64,000 nt of DNA from Candidatus Geocrenenecus huangii (GTDB lineage: Archaea > Thermoproteota > Nitrososphaeria_A > Caldarchaeales > Wolframiiraptoraceae), in NCBI GenBank assembly GCA_023254095.1, contig JALNLM010000003.1, forward strand, positions 1 through 64,000, read 5' to 3'. Both the position numbers and the translations under genes were made by a program. Positions within the stretch are counted from its first letter, which is position 1; every line of letters begins with the position of its first letter. The notes under the pieces were generated by a model that saw nothing but the letters and a program-made list of their open reading frames with translations, was not told where the DNA came from and searched no databases. Positions 8,153 to 17,975 of the stretch are shown piece after piece.

Positions 8153-11014
8153 TTATTGAAATCTCTTCTGTAATGCTTTCTTTTCTGCTTCTATGATTAA
8201 TTCTACTAATCTTAGACTCTCCCTGTTTTCCTCCTTCAATATGTTTACAACTTCTTTAAGTGTTAGCCCTCTCGCAGATAAGACGATCACAGCTGTTCTT
8301 CCATACTTCTGGACGAGTACGGAGTTTCTCTTAAGTTCCGCAAGTATCCTTCTCTCTTTCTTGTTTATCGGCCTCCCTTTCCTCGCGATCAATCCCAGAA
8401 TATCTTCAAGCTCACATCTAGCTACTCCAATCCTATCTGAGCCGCAGACTGGGCAGGCAGGCTTCTCATCCACATCCTTGACATAGACTTTCTTGTAATA
8501 TTCAAAGCATTCCGTACATACTTGCATCCAAGATTCATAGAGAAGTCTAGTCTTAACTGAAGTCAATACCAGTTTCTTCATGCCTTCACCTGTCGTTATC
8601 TCACCTTCATGCTCAAATCTTGAAAGAGTTAGCCTAGCAAGCGGAGAAGGCTTAGATAAAAGGCCCCTCCATATCTTTACTTCAACGCCTCCTTTAATAA
8701 CATCTTCTAGAAGCTTCTTAGCGGCATCAATATCGAAGTCGTGAAATAGAGTGTAATTCAATGCTTCCCTATAAACTACTGTATTCTTCAATGTTTCAGC
8801 AAACTGACTCAGGTTTAAGTCAGTTATGCTTGCTTCACTCTTTATTACCCCCATCTTCCTGGCCACATGGATAAGCCTACGCTTAAACAAAGTAGAAGAT
8901 TCTACAGCTCTCCTAACATTTTCTTCGAATTCTCCTTCAAGCAGTTCTCGAATAGCTTCAAGAACCATCTCTCCTACGAGATGCTTGGATCTGAGCATTA
9001 TTCTGTATGGGTTTTGCTGACCATGTATAGGTGCTCCAATCTTCTCAGACAAGTAGTAGGCTAGAACCTTCTGTATCGTTCTATTTGCTTTAAGCCCCCC
9101 ATGTATATGTAGGATAACGTATGGTTCACATATCTCAAGTAAGACTAGCCTATCAGATGGGACGGGTATATCTTCCTCCAAGTGTTCTTCGACTTCCTTG
9201 AAAGCCTTGAAAATAACATCAAAGCCTACACCATATCTTTCAGCTATGTCCTCAACGATCTTCTCAGGATCTTCTCCCATAGTTCTTCTCACTGCATACT
9301 CTCTCCTAAGAGCCCCTACCTCCTGTGCTACTTCGAAGGGTACAGGTATTTCGTCTCCAACCCAGCTCGGTACAGCGCCTTCATAATCATCTAGAGCTGA
9401 GACATATATTCTATCTCCTTCAGTATGCAGTATCTCCCAAGCTCTACCCGTTAATATGAATCTCGTCCCGGGCTCACCGTATTCAGCCACAAACTCTTCA
9501 TCCAATATCCCAACAGATTCTCCATTCTTCTCATCGATAACCAGATACTGGTGTTCTTCTGGAATCATCGACAGGTTGGAGAAGTAGTAGTCGTACAGCT
9601 CCATGCTTCTCCTAGGCTTTAAAACCATGGTGTCCCTGACCTCGACGATCCCCAGGGAAGACATGTGCTGTAAAACATTCATCAACTCATCCATCTCTAA
9701 GTCTTTGAAGTTGTACGACCTCCTAAGTATCGAGGCTATATTATCTATGCCGATCTTGTTATATTCTATGGCGAGGCCTGCGACCTGATGCATTAATACA
9801 TCTAGAGATTCCGTTGGTATCGCAGCTTCTTCTAATTCTCCGATTCTAGCTCTCCTAGTAATGACTATCGACTCCAATGCATCATCTGAATCCATAACAA
9901 TTACTATTCCCTTAGCGGTTTTCCCAAGAGAGTGGCCGCTTCTGCCAACTCTCTGAACAAGCCTAGTAACCTCCCTAGGAGAATTATACTGAATACATAA
10001 CTCTATTCTTCCAACATCTATCCCAAGCTCTAAAGATGATGTACATATTATGCCAACTAGCTCTCCACTCTTTAAACCATGTTCAGCAGTAATCCTAGTT
10101 GACTTCGACAAGGATCCATGATGTATTCCCAGGGGTACATGCTGATCCCATAATCTAAACCTGTTAGTAAGTATCTCAGCCAACGGCCTAGTATTCGTAA
10201 AAATTAATGTTGATTCGTGTTCTTCTATTAGTTTCTTAATTGTTTTAAGTCTTGAAGCAACCTCTGGGAGAACTCCGAGCTTTTCAGCTAAGCTGTAGTC
10301 TTCACTGATTGGGGTCGGGTAGACCACATCGATATACATGCTCCTGTTTACTGAAGCATCGATTATCTCACATTCTCTACTCACTCCTACAAGATACTGT
10401 GCTACTTTCCCCGGGCTCCCGATAGTTGCGGAGAGCCCGATCCTCTGGAAATCTGTCCCCGTTATCAATCTAAGCCTCTCCAAGGCTACCGATAGCTGTG
10501 CACCTCTCTTATCTGTTGCAAGCTCGTGAACCTCGTCAACGACTACCCACTTTACGCCCCTTAAATAGTTCCTGAAAACTTTAGCGGTGAGAATAACTTG
10601 AAGTGTTTCAGGAGTTGTTATCAGTATGTCAGGTGGAGAGATAGTCTGTATTCTCCTCTCACGGGATGCCGTATCCCCGTGCCTAACAGCTACTCTAAGA
10701 TCTAGTTTCTGAGCCCACCAGTCAACTCTGTCAAGCAGATCCCTATTTAATGCTCTAAGAGGAGTTATGTATAGAAGTCTTATACCATGGCCTCCGCCTT
10801 CGACAAGCATTTTACTCAAGATTGGGAGGAGAGCAGCTTCTGTTTTCCCCGAGCCAGTCGCAGCCATCAATAAAATATTCTTTCCCTCGATAATTCTAGG
10901 AATAGCGTATAGTTGCGGGGCGGTGAGATGCTGGAATCTTTCCTTAAATGCTTTGACTACAGGTTTAGCTAGCATTTCTAAGACTTCTTCATCATCAATC
11001 GGCAGTATACTCAT
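8153..11014 (-). CDS. lhr: Lhr-family ATP-dependent DEAD/H helicase with C-terminal Zn finger
   Basis: ATGSGKT, DEVH, LSAT, HHGSL, LELGIDVG and QRVGRSGH motifs; CTEC...CPVC at the C-terminus. Confidence 0.92.
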   Translation of the reverse strand: MSILPIDDEEVLEMLAKPVVKAFKERFQHLTAPQLYAIPRIIEGKNILLMAATGSGKTEAALLPILSKMLVEGGGHGIRLLYITPLRALNRDLLDRVDWWAQKLDLRVAVRHGDTASRERRIQTISPPDILITTPETLQVILTAKVFRNYLRGVKWVVVDEVHELATDKRGAQLSVALERLRLITGTDFQRIGLSATIGSPGKVAQYLVGVSRECEIIDASVNRSMYIDVVYPTPISEDYSLAEKLGVLPEVASRLKTIKKLIEEHESTLIFTNTRPLAEILTNRFRLWDQHVPLGIHHGSLSKSTRITAEHGLKSGELVGIICTSSLELGIDVGRIELCIQYNSPREVTRLVQRVGRSGHSLGKTAKGIVIVMDSDDALESIVITRRARIGELEEAAIPTESLDVLMHQVAGLAIEYNKIGIDNIASILRRSYNFKDLEMDELMNVLQHMSSLGIVEVRDTMVLKPRRSMELYDYYFSNLSMIPEEHQYLVIDEKNGESVGILDEEFVAEYGEPGTRFILTGRAWEILHTEGDRIYVSALDDYEGAVPSWVGDEIPVPFEVAQEVGALRREYAVRRTMGEDPEKIVEDIAERYGVGFDVIFKAFKEVEEHLEEDIPVPSDRLVLLEICEPYVILHIHGGLKANRTIQKVLAYYLSEKIGAPIHGQQNPYRIMLRSKHLVGEMVLEAIRELLEGEFEENVRRAVESSTLFKRRLIHVARKMGVIKSEASITDLNLSQFAETLKNTVVYREALNYTLFHDFDIDAAKKLLEDVIKGGVEVKIWRGLLSKPSPLARLTLSRFEHEGEITTGEGMKKLVLTSVKTRLLYESWMQVCTECFEYYKKVYVKDVDEKPACPVCGSDRIGVARCELEDILGLIARKGRPINKKERRILAELKRNSVLVQKYGRTAVIVLSARGLTLKEVVNILKEENRESLRLVELIIEAEKKALQKRFQ

Positions 11015-11173
11015 CCATCTATATTCCTCGTCAATGCTAAACTTAAAGGTAGCTTAAAAATACTCTATTAACACTCATATTAGATGCTCCTAATCTTTAA
11101 TGAGGTAAAATGTGTTTAACCTCTGAACCCGCATGGATAACCTATTTAAATCCGATGGGAAAATCGGGTTTCC

Positions 11174-12058
11174 TCAATCTTCCTCTCCTACTTTATACAG
11201 CTTCCACAGTGTATCTCTCATAGATTCTAGGGATTGCTCAGGCAAGCCCATGTAGGAGGCCGCTGTCTTAATCTCCACCATGTCTCTTACCTCTTCTAAA
11301 AAATCTTTCAACTTGATTCTCCAATCTCTATCTCTCGCTAGATGATGATCTAATATCAATGTTTCAACACCCGTCTTCTTTATTATCTTCTTAAGATTTC
11401 TCATCGATTTTTTGAGGTCTTCTTTCGAGTACTTGTCTCCAAGCATGTATGTCATCGGCCCATCACATACTACTATCTGAGGCATGTTTGAAATAATGAA
11501 TCTAGCTTGTTCTTCTACAACTATCCCCTCAACGTCAGATGTATGGATCACTGTCTCCCCAGCTTCATGCACCATCACCTGAAGAACGTAACCTAACCTT
11601 GAATCATTTCCATGCTGTAAAGGCTCTGAAAAAGCTAGCCTGCATCCGCCGAACACCAACTCTCTACCATCTACTACTTCAACATCTGCGTCAACCTTTT
11701 TCAAATTTTCTAAGAAGATCCCAGCCCTCATCCTCTGACTATAATTGATGTTGTGATGTGGATCCTTAATCAAGATCTTCTTCCTGGAAAGCCAACTTAT
11801 GTCCTCTCCTGGTCTAGGTATATGGTCATAATGATAATGTGTAACAACTATTATATCTGATTCTCTCGCCATATCGGAAATCCTTTCTTTGTGTTCCTTA
11901 AGTTTCTCATATTCTATCGGATGAGGTGGGAGACCATATCTCCTCGGTCCAAGCGCTGACCCTGGATCGATTAAGATACTAGTAGACTTGGTGGCAATAT
12001 ACGTAGACATACTCCTAGTACCCAAGCTATCAAAAGCTATCAACCTAACCTCCACCAT
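11174..12058 (-). CDS. Metallo-beta-lactamase fold hydrolase (UPF0282-like)
   Basis: DSLGTRSM, THYHYDH, HTSDVEG and LDHHLARD motifs. Confidence 0.85.
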   Translation of the reverse strand: MVEVRLIAFDSLGTRSMSTYIATKSTSILIDPGSALGPRRYGLPPHPIEYEKLKEHKERISDMARESDIIVVTHYHYDHIPRPGEDISWLSRKKILIKDPHHNINYSQRMRAGIFLENLKKVDADVEVVDGRELVFGGCRLAFSEPLQHGNDSRLGYVLQVMVHEAGETVIHTSDVEGIVVEEQARFIISNMPQIVVCDGPMTYMLGDKYSKEDLKKSMRNLKKIIKKTGVETLILDHHLARDRDWRIKLKDFLEEVRDMVEIKTAASYMGLPEQSLESMRDTLWKLYKVGEED

Positions 12059-12206
12059 CTCTCAGCATAATAGATGCCCAGGTTTATCGATTAAAACATT
12101 TCATCTATAAACTCTAACCGATAATAGTTGTAACAAAGATGTAAGCTCTAATTCATAATCGGATAAGTGAAGCAAGATAATATAGGAGAGCCCGCAAGCA
12201 TCTTTA

Positions 12207-13106
12207 GTGAAATCAAGTATGGAGTTCCAGAGATTTTGCTATAGCGAGTTCCGTGACTACATGGTTTACCTAGCTCTCTTAAGATCCGAGAGAGACCCTA
12301 ATAGGAAAGAGATCCTGAAGAGGATAGCATCTCAAGAATATGAACATTATCTATTTTGGAGAAAACTTTCAGGCGAATGCATTACAAAAATCAGCAGGAT
12401 CCACATATACACAATATTATTGGTTAGGATTATTTTCGGCTTAACTTTTACTCTTAAGTTACTAGAGGGCCACGAATCGAAGACAATAACAGAATACAGA
12501 AAAGTTATGGAGAAATTCGTGGAAGACGAACATAGGAGAGAATTAGAGATGCTGATACAAGATGAGATAGAGCATGAAAGATATTTCATGAATCAGATCG
12601 ATGAGAAAATACTAAGGTATACTGGCTTCATCGTTCTAGGTTTAGCGGATTCAATAATCGAGATCACGGGTGTTTACGCAGGTTTCCTAGGTGCTACGAG
12701 CTCAACTACTGTGGCCGGGATCGCTGGACTATTAGTCGGATTCGCCGCCTCTATCTCTATGGCCGCCGCATCCTATCTTCAAGCCAAGGCTCAAGAATCC
12801 ATGAAAAGCTCTCCGATACTCTCTGCACTTATTACAGGTCTAACGTACATAGGGTCTGTTGGAGCTCTTTCTACACCGTACTTCTTGCTGAAGAACATTC
12901 TACATGCATTCATAACTTCTGTCTCTATAGCTATAGCTTTGACGTTCGTCTTCACGTTCTATACATCAATTGTAAACGAAAAGAAATTTTCGAGAGAACT
13001 CATCGAGAGCGTATTCCTGATTTTAGGAACTGGTCTAGCAACTTACTTGTTTGGAGAGTTTTTAGGGGAGATATTCGGCATCAAGGAAAGAATCCTACTA
13101 GGATAA
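12207..13106 (+). CDS. Ferritin/rubrerythrin-like domain fused to a VIT1/CCC1 metal transporter
   Basis: Two ExxH motifs (QEYEH, DEIEH) followed by VLGLADSIIE and ISMAAASYL transmembrane segments. Confidence 0.85.
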   Translation: MKSSMEFQRFCYSEFRDYMVYLALLRSERDPNRKEILKRIASQEYEHYLFWRKLSGECITKISRIHIYTILLVRIIFGLTFTLKLLEGHESKTITEYRKVMEKFVEDEHRRELEMLIQDEIEHERYFMNQIDEKILRYTGFIVLGLADSIIEITGVYAGFLGATSSTTVAGIAGLLVGFAASISMAAASYLQAKAQESMKSSPILSALITGLTYIGSVGALSTPYFLLKNILHAFITSVSIAIALTFVFTFYTSIVNEKKFSRELIESVFLILGTGLATYLFGEFLGEIFGIKERILLG

Positions 13107-13155
13107 TTTTTGAAAATAACATATGTTTAGTTATCATGAAACAATATTACATTCA

Positions 13156-13881
13156 TTATTCTCCTTGATGTTCTCCACACAGCGGGCAATATATCGAGTC
13201 GAAAGGTATAAAACCACCACAACTCTTACATTTCTTCAATCGTTCTTCTAATGGGGCAGCTTCCTCCACGGTCGAGACTTCTCCTGCTTCCTTCTCTTCT
13301 TCTATCTCTTTGACTAATTCTTTCAATATATCCAGCTCAGGCTCATGCTCAACTTCAGAGACCTTGCCCGATCCAACCACCTTTACAACCTCTTCTGCAG
13401 CAACTTCTACAGGTTTTTCTTCTACTTCATGTTCTTTAACAGCTTCTTTCTCCTCTAATTCCAGTTTTTCTTTTCTTTCCTCTATTATCTCTTTTCCTAC
13501 TTCTTCTTTAACGGTTTGTGGTACAGGTTTAACTATTGTTAAATAAGCTAAAGAGAACAACGCAGCCGTAACAGGTGGTAGTAGGATCAAGTAGTATGGT
13601 AATGCTCTTTGAAGTACAGTAATTCGAAAGACGTTGAAAGTTATGTAAGGTGTTAGTAACCCTAAGACCCCTCCTGTGATGGATGCTAAGATGGCTCTAC
13701 TCTTGCTCCGAGTTATTAATGCTGAAGCTATTCCGACTACGGCGCCTACAGTTAATAATACGAAGATATCCAGCATCAAGCCTGGAAGAAGCAGTAGAGC
13801 TAGGTAATCATACATTAAGATAGGTAGTAGGAGCGAAATAAAATATGCCAGCACGCCTGCGACTAGCGTGTTTAATCTCAA
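13156..13881 (-). CDS. Membrane protein with acidic linker and C-terminal zinc ribbon
   Basis: 4 TM segments, an E/K-rich linker and CKSC...CPLC. Confidence 0.75.
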   Translation of the reverse strand: MRLNTLVAGVLAYFISLLLPILMYDYLALLLLPGLMLDIFVLLTVGAVVGIASALITRSKSRAILASITGGVLGLLTPYITFNVFRITVLQRALPYYLILLPPVTAALFSLAYLTIVKPVPQTVKEEVGKEIIEERKEKLELEEKEAVKEHEVEEKPVEVAAEEVVKVVGSGKVSEVEHEPELDILKELVKEIEEEKEAGEVSTVEEAAPLEERLKKCKSCGGFIPFDSIYCPLCGEHQGE

Positions 13882-14021
13882 CTTTTTCCAACATATTTTC
13901 CGAAGAACAACTCTTTAAATGTTTCCATAATCATTGAAATAGCGAATCTCATAGGACTTCTCACATATTCTAGCGGTATTTCCCGATAATTATCATTTCA
14001 AGAAGTCGGAAAGCAGTTCAC

Positions 14022-15413
14022 TTACTCACTATAATAAACTCCTATTACGATGTCTCCTACGTTGGTGCCCGTTGGACCAGTAATCACGTGTCCTCCTACA
14101 TGTTTAAAGAATTCATACGAGTTATTATCCTCAAGATATGCTATGGGGTTAAGCTCCTTCTCTACGGCTTCTCTGTATGTTTCATCGTCTACTATCGCTC
14201 CTGCCGCGTTCGTTGGACCATCAACCCCATCAGTCCCAACACTAATTAAACAAGAATAAGCTAAACCGCTGATGTTCATAGAAGCCGATAATGCTAGCTC
14301 CTGATTCCTCCCTCCTATGCCGTGGCCTCTCACCCTTACCGTCGTCTCTCCACCACATATTATCGCAGTCTTCTTCCTTCTACTTGCATGCTCCTTCAGT
14401 ACGGAGGCTAGAAATCTACCTATCTCAGAAGCTTCTCCCTCCATGTATCGCGTCAATACTCTTACAGGATAGTTTCTTTGAATTAGATGTCTACGAGCCG
14501 CTTCACATACATCGGATATGTCTGCAATGATTATGTTCTGAACCATTTCGAATATAGGGTCTCCGGGCTTAGGATTCTCATCCACTATTCCATTCAATCC
14601 ATCTTCTATCCTCTTTCTAACACTTTCTGGTATCTTATCCCATAGATTGTATCTCTTCAAAACTTCGTAAGCATCTCTGAACGTGGTTGGGTCAGGAGCT
14701 GTTGGACCTGAACCTATCGCTTCAAGTTTATTTCCAACAACATCCGATATTATTAATGAGACTATCTTGGCGTTGCCAAGCTTCTTAACCAATCTGCCAC
14801 CTTTAATCTCTGAAAGATGTCTTCTAACGATGTTTATCTCATCTATTGTTGCTCCACAATTTAATAGAAGCTTCGTTGTTTGTGCTTTATCTTCAAGCGT
14901 GACTGGAGAGGCTGGAAGAGGTATTAGAGCAGACGCCCCACCTGAGAGTAGAAAGATTACAAGGGTTTCAGAGTCTATTGAGCTAGCATATTCTAACAAC
15001 TTCTCCGATGCTCTCACCCCAAGCATGCTTGGGATAGGGTGAGTAGAAGGAAGAACATCGATCTTCTCCAGTCTGGCCTTGGACGCTACTTCTCTAGGCG
15101 CAACTATTATTCCTGAATCTATCTTGTCAGAAAGTATCTTCTCTATGTATTCAGCCATACCTATAGATGCTTTCCCAGCACCTAGGACTACGAATCTCTT
15201 GAAGTCGTTCAAATTATATCTCGTCTTATCTACAATCAACAGACTCCGAGTTCTCTTCACGTATCTTCTTAAAGCATTCTGGGGCAAAACTTCTTTTACA
15301 GCTTTTTCCACTGCTTCCAGCATATCTCTTCTAATGCTCGATAGAACCCCACTTCTAGCATTAACCAGTTCGTCAAGATTCTTGATCAGCCTATCCATCA
15401 TTACATTATCCAA
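14022..15413 (-). CDS. Glycerate 2-kinase (MOFRL family)
   Basis: GAGKA, LSGGASAL, IGSGPT, GGETTV, GGRNQE, GTDGVDG and TGTNVGD motifs. Confidence 0.9.
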   Translation of the reverse strand: MDNVMMDRLIKNLDELVNARSGVLSSIRRDMLEAVEKAVKEVLPQNALRRYVKRTRSLLIVDKTRYNLNDFKRFVVLGAGKASIGMAEYIEKILSDKIDSGIIVAPREVASKARLEKIDVLPSTHPIPSMLGVRASEKLLEYASSIDSETLVIFLLSGGASALIPLPASPVTLEDKAQTTKLLLNCGATIDEINIVRRHLSEIKGGRLVKKLGNAKIVSLIISDVVGNKLEAIGSGPTAPDPTTFRDAYEVLKRYNLWDKIPESVRKRIEDGLNGIVDENPKPGDPIFEMVQNIIIADISDVCEAARRHLIQRNYPVRVLTRYMEGEASEIGRFLASVLKEHASRRKKTAIICGGETTVRVRGHGIGGRNQELALSASMNISGLAYSCLISVGTDGVDGPTNAAGAIVDDETYREAVEKELNPIAYLEDNNSYEFFKHVGGHVITGPTGTNVGDIVIGVYYSE

Positions 15414-15564
15414 GTCGCCTATCCAACAAATAAAGATAACATTTTCTAAATAAATCGATGAACGCTTGTGAGGAAAGTTTTGGATTGATGCCTTTCAATA
15501 ACCGAACGTAGTAATATACTGAGATAGATGTAAATATATGTAATGTATTGATATACGAAGTAGA

Positions 15565-16257
15565 TTGAGGATGTCTAGGGCTGGATACATATCTAGTAAG
15601 GCGATGATCCATGGAAGAATTGAAGAAGATGTAGCAATATATGGACCGTCTAGGGTCGGCAAAGACACGTTTGTAGATCGATGGGTCCAAGTCGGTTATC
15701 CATCTAGAGAAAGATTAATGAAAGTTGTTAAACTCGATCATTCTAGTCTAGATAATGTAAGTGAAGGGGCCACAATAGGTGATCGATGCATCGTGAGAAG
15801 TTTCTCCATAATCTATGATAGAGTAAGGATAGGTGATGATGTAGAACTTGGCCATGGGGTGTTGGTACGTTCTAACTCCACCATAGGCTCAAGATCCAGG
15901 ATAGGCAGCTATACACAATTAGATGGAGAAGTACATATCGGAGAAGATGTAATAATACAGTCATTAGTCTATCTTCCACATCTAACCGAGGTAGGAGATA
16001 AAGTATTCATCGGCCCAAACGTTGTCGTAACAAATGATAAGTATCCAGTAGGCACAATCCAGGGAGTAAAGATTGGTGGAAGATCCATCATAGGAGCTAA
16101 TTCAACCATCCTGGCGGGAGTAATTATTGGTGAAGACTCAGTAGTAGGAGCAGGCTCGATAGTTACCCACGATGTGCCACCATCAACAGTTGTCATAGGC
16201 GCACCGGCTAGACCATATATAAGTAGAAAGGAATACGAAGAAAAGAGAATGAAATGA
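15565..16257 (+). CDS. Hexapeptide-repeat (left-handed beta-helix) acyltransferase
   Basis: IG/VG hexapeptide repeats, FIGPNVVVTNDKYP and VGAGSIVTHDVP. Confidence 0.85.
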   Translation: MRMSRAGYISSKAMIHGRIEEDVAIYGPSRVGKDTFVDRWVQVGYPSRERLMKVVKLDHSSLDNVSEGATIGDRCIVRSFSIIYDRVRIGDDVELGHGVLVRSNSTIGSRSRIGSYTQLDGEVHIGEDVIIQSLVYLPHLTEVGDKVFIGPNVVVTNDKYPVGTIQGVKIGGRSIIGANSTILAGVIIGEDSVVGAGSIVTHDVPPSTVVIGAPARPYISRKEYEEKRMK

Positions 16258-16326
16258 TAGATTTTTGGAATGGAATATTTATATAACCGGCATACTAGTA
16301 AGTAAATGCAAGTAAGGAGGTAGGTA

Positions 16327-16635
16327 ATGCCAGAGATCTGCCCAGTTTGTGGGTTGCCTAAATCGATATGCGTATGTAGAACGATAAGCCGAGAACAGCA
16401 GAGAATAAAAGTAAAATTGGAGACAAGAAAATGGGGTCGCCCTGTAACCATTATTGAAGGATTAGATGGAGATAGGAATGAGCTCGAACAATTAGCTAAA
16501 AAACTTAAATCTATATGTGCTTCGGGTGGAACAGTAAAGAATGGAGTAATCCTCCTACAAGGAGACCATAGAGACAAAGTCAAAGAAGTACTGTTATCAA
16601 TAGGTCATAGTGAGGAAAACATAGAAGTAGTCTAA
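16327..16635 (+). CDS. sui1: Translation initiation factor aIF1 (SUI1)
   Basis: ICPVCGLPK, KLKSICASGGTVK and LQGDHR motifs; strong SD GGAGGT. Confidence 0.93.
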   Translation: MPEICPVCGLPKSICVCRTISREQQRIKVKLETRKWGRPVTIIEGLDGDRNELEQLAKKLKSICASGGTVKNGVILLQGDHRDKVKEVLLSIGHSEENIEVV

Positions 16636-16799
16636 TTAGCCCAAGATCCTTGGAAAACCTCAGGGTAGCTAACCTCTTACTTAGTACTGTGGTATAGGAC
16701 TCTATGAGAAATATCTAGATGAAGCTTGGATCTAAGGAACCAAACCCTAGAAGGGTAATGATGTTTTGAGAATCCTAGAAGGTCATCTCGTCATTTTTC

Positions 16800-17723
16800 C
16801 TAGATAGCAATGCCTCCTTCTAGTACTTCTTTTAATCCTTTAAAGCGATTTCGAACCGTGACCTCCGTTACACCAGCAGCTCTAGCAATATCTTTCTGAG
16901 TTATATTCTGAGTTGTTTCTTGGCAGGCCATATACAAGGCTGCGGCAGCTATACCTACGGGGTCTTTACCTACTGTTGCGCCTTTCTTTGCAGCTTCTTG
17001 AAGTATCCTTAATGCTTCTTGCACAGTTCTCTGATCTAGTCCAACCTTCGAAGCAATCTTATTCAAGTATATTGCTGGGTCCGCTACAGGAACCTTAAAC
17101 TTTAGATATTTTAACAGTAATCTGTATCCTTGAGCTATAGTCTTCCTCTTAACTACAGGATAAGCTTTTTCAAGTTCTCTAAGGTCTCGAGGTGCGCCCA
17201 TCGCTCTACATGCAGCGTAGACTGCTGCAGCCATTATGGACCTTATACTTCTACCTCTGACTAAACCTTCTTTCAATGCTTTTCTATATATTAGCATGGC
17301 TTTCTCAGCTATAGCCTGACTGAGGTGGAGTTTATCAACGTATATCTGTAGTATATTTACTGCTTGTTGTAGGTTTCTAGCTTCTGAAGCATCTACCTGG
17401 CTTGTAGCATCAAGCTTTTTTAATCTAAGTAGCTTCTCTCTAGTTTCTTTTGGAAGTTTTCTCCCAGTAGCATCTTCATCGATCTTGTCTATTACTGTAG
17501 ATAGACCATGATCACGATACATAATCGATAATGGTGCTCCAACTCTACTCCTATTTTCTTCTTCATCATCTATACTTCTCCATTCTGGGCCACGGTCTAT
17601 ATCTCTCTCTAAGACTACGTATCCACAGCTAGGGCAAGTTACTTCCCCTGTCCTAGGGTCGGTTACTAAAACATCGTTTCCACATTCAGGGCATATCATT
17701 CCTTCTTTCCAACCTTTCATCAT
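16800..17723 (-). CDS. tfb: Transcription initiation factor TFB
   Basis: CPECG..CPSCG Zn ribbon, GPEWR, two cyclin repeats and GVTEVTVRNR. Confidence 0.95.
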   Translation of the reverse strand: MMKGWKEGMICPECGNDVLVTDPRTGEVTCPSCGYVVLERDIDRGPEWRSIDDEEENRSRVGAPLSIMYRDHGLSTVIDKIDEDATGRKLPKETREKLLRLKKLDATSQVDASEARNLQQAVNILQIYVDKLHLSQAIAEKAMLIYRKALKEGLVRGRSIRSIMAAAVYAACRAMGAPRDLRELEKAYPVVKRKTIAQGYRLLLKYLKFKVPVADPAIYLNKIASKVGLDQRTVQEALRILQEAAKKGATVGKDPVGIAAAALYMACQETTQNITQKDIARAAGVTEVTVRNRFKGLKEVLEGGIAI

Positions 17724-17975
17724 TTTTTCTATTCACCTCCATAAAGTAAATTTTTTATACCCCAACCAACCGATATACAAAACTTGTATATTAGTCTTAC
17801 CTCCCTTGGAGGAATATGCTTTACTCCTATATTTAAATATTTCTATTATTCACACAAATGGATACATCATATATCTGAGACGTAACATTCATAAGACTAT
17901 TAAAAATACACGAAAAGATTCTCAAAGAGAGCTTATCGAGGCGATATATTAAGAATTAGACTGCATATACCGGGT

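Noticed and set aside
11127-11171. AACCCG...CGGGTT imperfect hairpin after the MBL-fold gene
   Set aside because: Short, with large bulges; not distinguishable from chance or an ordinary 3' end structure.
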